A DNA stretch of 64,000 nt. It comes from Candidatus Iainarchaeum sp. Lineage in GTDB: Archaea; Iainarchaeota; Iainarchaeia; Iainarchaeales; 1-14-0-10-31-34. The stretch spans positions 2,785-66,784 of the forward strand of contig JAFCDN010000002.1 in the NCBI GenBank assembly GCA_017609625.1, in the 5' to 3' direction. Position numbers and translations under genes: made by a program. Shown here piece by piece: positions 61,866 to 64,000 of the stretch (the stretch's first letter is position 1; each line of letters starts with the position of its first letter). A model generated the notes under the pieces. That model saw only the letters and a list, made by a program, of their open reading frames with translations, did no database searches and was not told where the DNA came from.

Positions 61866-63482
61866 TTAGTTTTTTGAAAGCAAATACTTTACTATTTCAC
61901 CAAACGCAGGCCTAGTGATAAACACACCGACTAAAACTCCAACAATAGTTGTAATAGCAAACCCGACTAATTTTCCCAAGCCAAAGCCGAAGAAAATAAT
62001 TGGAAACATTGTAACCAGAGAAGTTGCAGCAGCAGCAAAAATAATAAAGAAAGCCCGCCTTACACGACTTACAAAAGAGGTTTCATAGTCTGCTTCTTTT
62101 CTTAATAATTCATCTGAAATAATTATCTGATGGTCAACTCCTGTTCCGACTGCAGCAATAATTCCTGCAAGAGAAGCTAAATCTAAATTCCATTTAATAA
62201 AAGAAGCAAAACCTAAAATAATTATTACTTCAGAAAAAACAGTAAAGCCAATTGGAATAATTAATCTGGGTTCCCTGTAGCGAATGAATAAAACAATTAA
62301 TACAACAAGCAATGCAAGAACTCCTATCCAAATTACAATTGAAAGAAATTCTTCACCTAAATTCGGGGAAATAGTTTCTTTTCCGATTGATTCAACTCCG
62401 ATTGGAAGAGAACCTGATTCCAAAATAATTGCAAGGTTTCCTAATTTGGTTAAAGCATCTTTTTCATCTGAACCAAAACCTCTTATAACTAATTCAGAAT
62501 AAGTTTTTGCATCAGCAATGTTTTCAATATAAGGATTCATGTTTGTTACGTCTTCGCTTAAAGAAATAACTTCTTTTGTCCCGACTGCAGTCCAAATCCA
62601 GGGAATTGCTTTTTCCTGTTCAATCTGGGAAACCTTAAATCCAAAAGAATTCAAATCCTGCAGAAAAGATTCAGAATAAACTCCTGACGGAACAATAACG
62701 TTTTCATATTCAGAAGAAAGCTGGGCTAATTTGTTTTTGTCTGAATCAGAAATATTTGAATCAGCTAAAATTAAAGGAGTCTGTGCATTCAATAAAAGCT
62801 CATCTATTTCTGTTCCTAAAGGAATGTTTTCAATAAAATTTCCTGCAAGCAACAAGTCCTTGTCTTTTTCATGCAACACTGAAGGCATTAAAATTACTGC
62901 TTCAGGCCTGTCAATGAAAAAATAAGTTTTTTCGCAGTCATAGGTTCTTCCTGTACTTGCTTCAAAACCAGAGATAGTGCATTGATGAAAAGTTTTTTCA
63001 GTAAAACGATGCGCTCCTTCCTGGCTTAACATAAAAGGCAGACGCCATTCAAAACCTTCTCCTTGTTTTAGTATTCCATAACCTTTAGAAAAGTCTTTAG
63101 AAATATGAATTATGTCTTTTCCAGTAAAAAGAACTTCACCATTTAATGTTGCTTCAAACTTTCCCTGTTTTTTCAGGAGAAGCTCAATTCTTTCAACCTG
63201 TTCTGGAGAAGTTTCTGCAATCTGTGCAAGAATAAATTCATTTCCCCATGCAGTAACTTTAGTGTCTTTTAATCCAGTCCAGTCTAATCTATGGGAAATA
63301 ATTGAAGTAACCTGTGCAATTTCTGCCTGAGACTGCAAAGGCTTTTCTAAGTGGATTTGAAACTGCGTTCCTCCACTGAAATCAATTCCATATTTTAAGC
63401 CATTAAAAGAAATTGAAAGAACAGAAACAAAAAGAAAAACCAAAAGCAAAATTATTTTCCAGTTTTTGAAAAGGTCTCTCAT
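61866..63482 (-). CDS. secD: Protein-export membrane protein SecD
   Basis: 538 aa; N-terminal TM, large periplasmic domain, C-terminal 6 TM with ...GIIAAVGTGVDHQIIISDELL... Confidence 0.8.
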   Translation of the reverse strand: MRDLFKNWKIILLLVFLFVSVLSISFNGLKYGIDFSGGTQFQIHLEKPLQSQAEIAQVTSIISHRLDWTGLKDTKVTAWGNEFILAQIAETSPEQVERIELLLKKQGKFEATLNGEVLFTGKDIIHISKDFSKGYGILKQGEGFEWRLPFMLSQEGAHRFTEKTFHQCTISGFEASTGRTYDCEKTYFFIDRPEAVILMPSVLHEKDKDLLLAGNFIENIPLGTEIDELLLNAQTPLILADSNISDSDKNKLAQLSSEYENVIVPSGVYSESFLQDLNSFGFKVSQIEQEKAIPWIWTAVGTKEVISLSEDVTNMNPYIENIADAKTYSELVIRGFGSDEKDALTKLGNLAIILESGSLPIGVESIGKETISPNLGEEFLSIVIWIGVLALLVVLIVLFIRYREPRLIIPIGFTVFSEVIIILGFASFIKWNLDLASLAGIIAAVGTGVDHQIIISDELLRKEADYETSFVSRVRRAFFIIFAAAATSLVTMFPIIFFGFGLGKLVGFAITTIVGVLVGVFITRPAFGEIVKYLLSKN

Positions 63483-64000
63483 TCTTTCACCTTTTGTTTT
63501 CTTTCAACATACCATAAAAGAATCGGAGCATTCATCATCCAGGTAATAATAAGGTCTCCAATTAAACCAAACAAAATAACTGCAGCAATATTAAACATCA
63601 CTTCAATCTGATACCAAAAAGAAAGCAAAAGCATAACCAAAACAACAGCAATTGTAGTAAAAGTCATTGTTAAACCTGTTTTCATTGAATCAAGAGTTCT
63701 CTTTCTAGGGGTTTTGTCTCTTCTTTTCAGCAGTCTGGTTGTTAAAAGAATGTCTGTGTCAACACTGTAACCAATTAAAAGAAGAAGAGCTGGAATGGAA
63801 TTTAATCCTAAAGGAATTCCGGTTAAAGCCATTAAAGCTAAAGCAGTTAAAACATCAAAAATTCCTGCATAAATTACTGCAACAGAAGGAATTATTTCTC
63901 TAAAGAAAAAGAAGATTACAATAATGATTCCAAAAAAAGCAATAATGCTTACAAGCAATGCATTATCCCAAAAAGTTTGTCCTAAAACCGGAGGCACTTC
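63479..64000 (-). CDS. secF: Protein-export membrane protein SecF (C-terminal part; N-terminus lies beyond the window end)
   Basis: ...IGYSVDTDILLTTRLLKRRDK...; overlaps the secD start; secF-secD order. Confidence 0.7.
   Translation of the reverse strand, partial: EVPPVLGQTFWDNALLVSIIAFFGIIIVIFFFFREIIPSVAVIYAGIFDVLTALALMALTGIPLGLNSIPALLLLIGYSVDTDILLTTRLLKRRDKTPRKRTLDSMKTGLTMTFTTIAVVLVMLLLSFWYQIEVMFNIAAVILFGLIGDLIITWMMNAPILLWYVERKQKVKE

Noticed and set aside
1-64000. rRNA genes, CRISPR-cas, transposases or integrases
   Set aside because: No rRNA-like conserved stretches, no spaced direct-repeat arrays, and no recognisable transposase or integrase motifs (DDE or tyrosine-recombinase R..H..R..Y) were seen in any frame.

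Overview
The window is a very AT-rich, gene-dense archaeal segment with the codon usage and gene content of a reduced DPANN-type genome (inference from composition and gene order). Most of it is the archaeal ribosomal-protein super-operon, nearly all on the + strand, with overlapping stop and start codons. The conserved blocks are EF-1alpha and S10, then L3-L4-L23-L2-S19-L22-S3-L29-SUI1-Rpp29-S17-L14-L24-S4e-L5-S14-S8-L6-L32e-L19e-L18-S5-L30-L15-SecY. This is followed by DUF106, L34e, a cytidylate-kinase homolog and L14e, then S13-S4-S11-RpoD, a tRNA-Leu, and L18e-L13-S9-RpoN-S2. Next come MEMO1-like and IDI-2, a TrmB regulator, GluRS, L7Ae-S28e-L24e-Ndk-dUTPase-aIF5B-S6e-aIF2gamma, a PIN protein, RpoE', Spt4, S24e and S27ae. 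The t6A genes Sua5, Kae1 and Bud32, S15-S3Ae, and a bacterial-type grpE-dnaK-dnaJ operon are also present.

Non-housekeeping content includes:
- archease and RtcB with a RHH/RelE toxin-antitoxin pair between them;
- a tRNA-Leu(UAA) with a 132-nt canonical intron;
- tandem DUF333 membrane proteins and a 967-aa repeat-rich surface protein;
- tryptophanase and a secreted beta-helix protein with a C-terminal dockerin;
- a thioredoxin-fold lipoprotein with seven 18-bp tandem repeats, and a LysW-like zinc ribbon;
- CarS with an adjacent small archaeosortase-like gene, SppA, and SecD/SecF.

The most unusual signal is a dispersed family of palindromic 'CCTTTTT-AGA-AAAAAGG'-type hairpin repeats. They fill intergenic regions and the tRNA intron, and are also inserted in frame inside coding sequences (archease, the L24, L32e, S4 and GrpE extensions), where they encode recurring PF(L/S)EK(K/G) and PAFEKS peptides. 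Several Arg-rich, GC-richer ORFs lie antisense within conserved clusters and look foreign.
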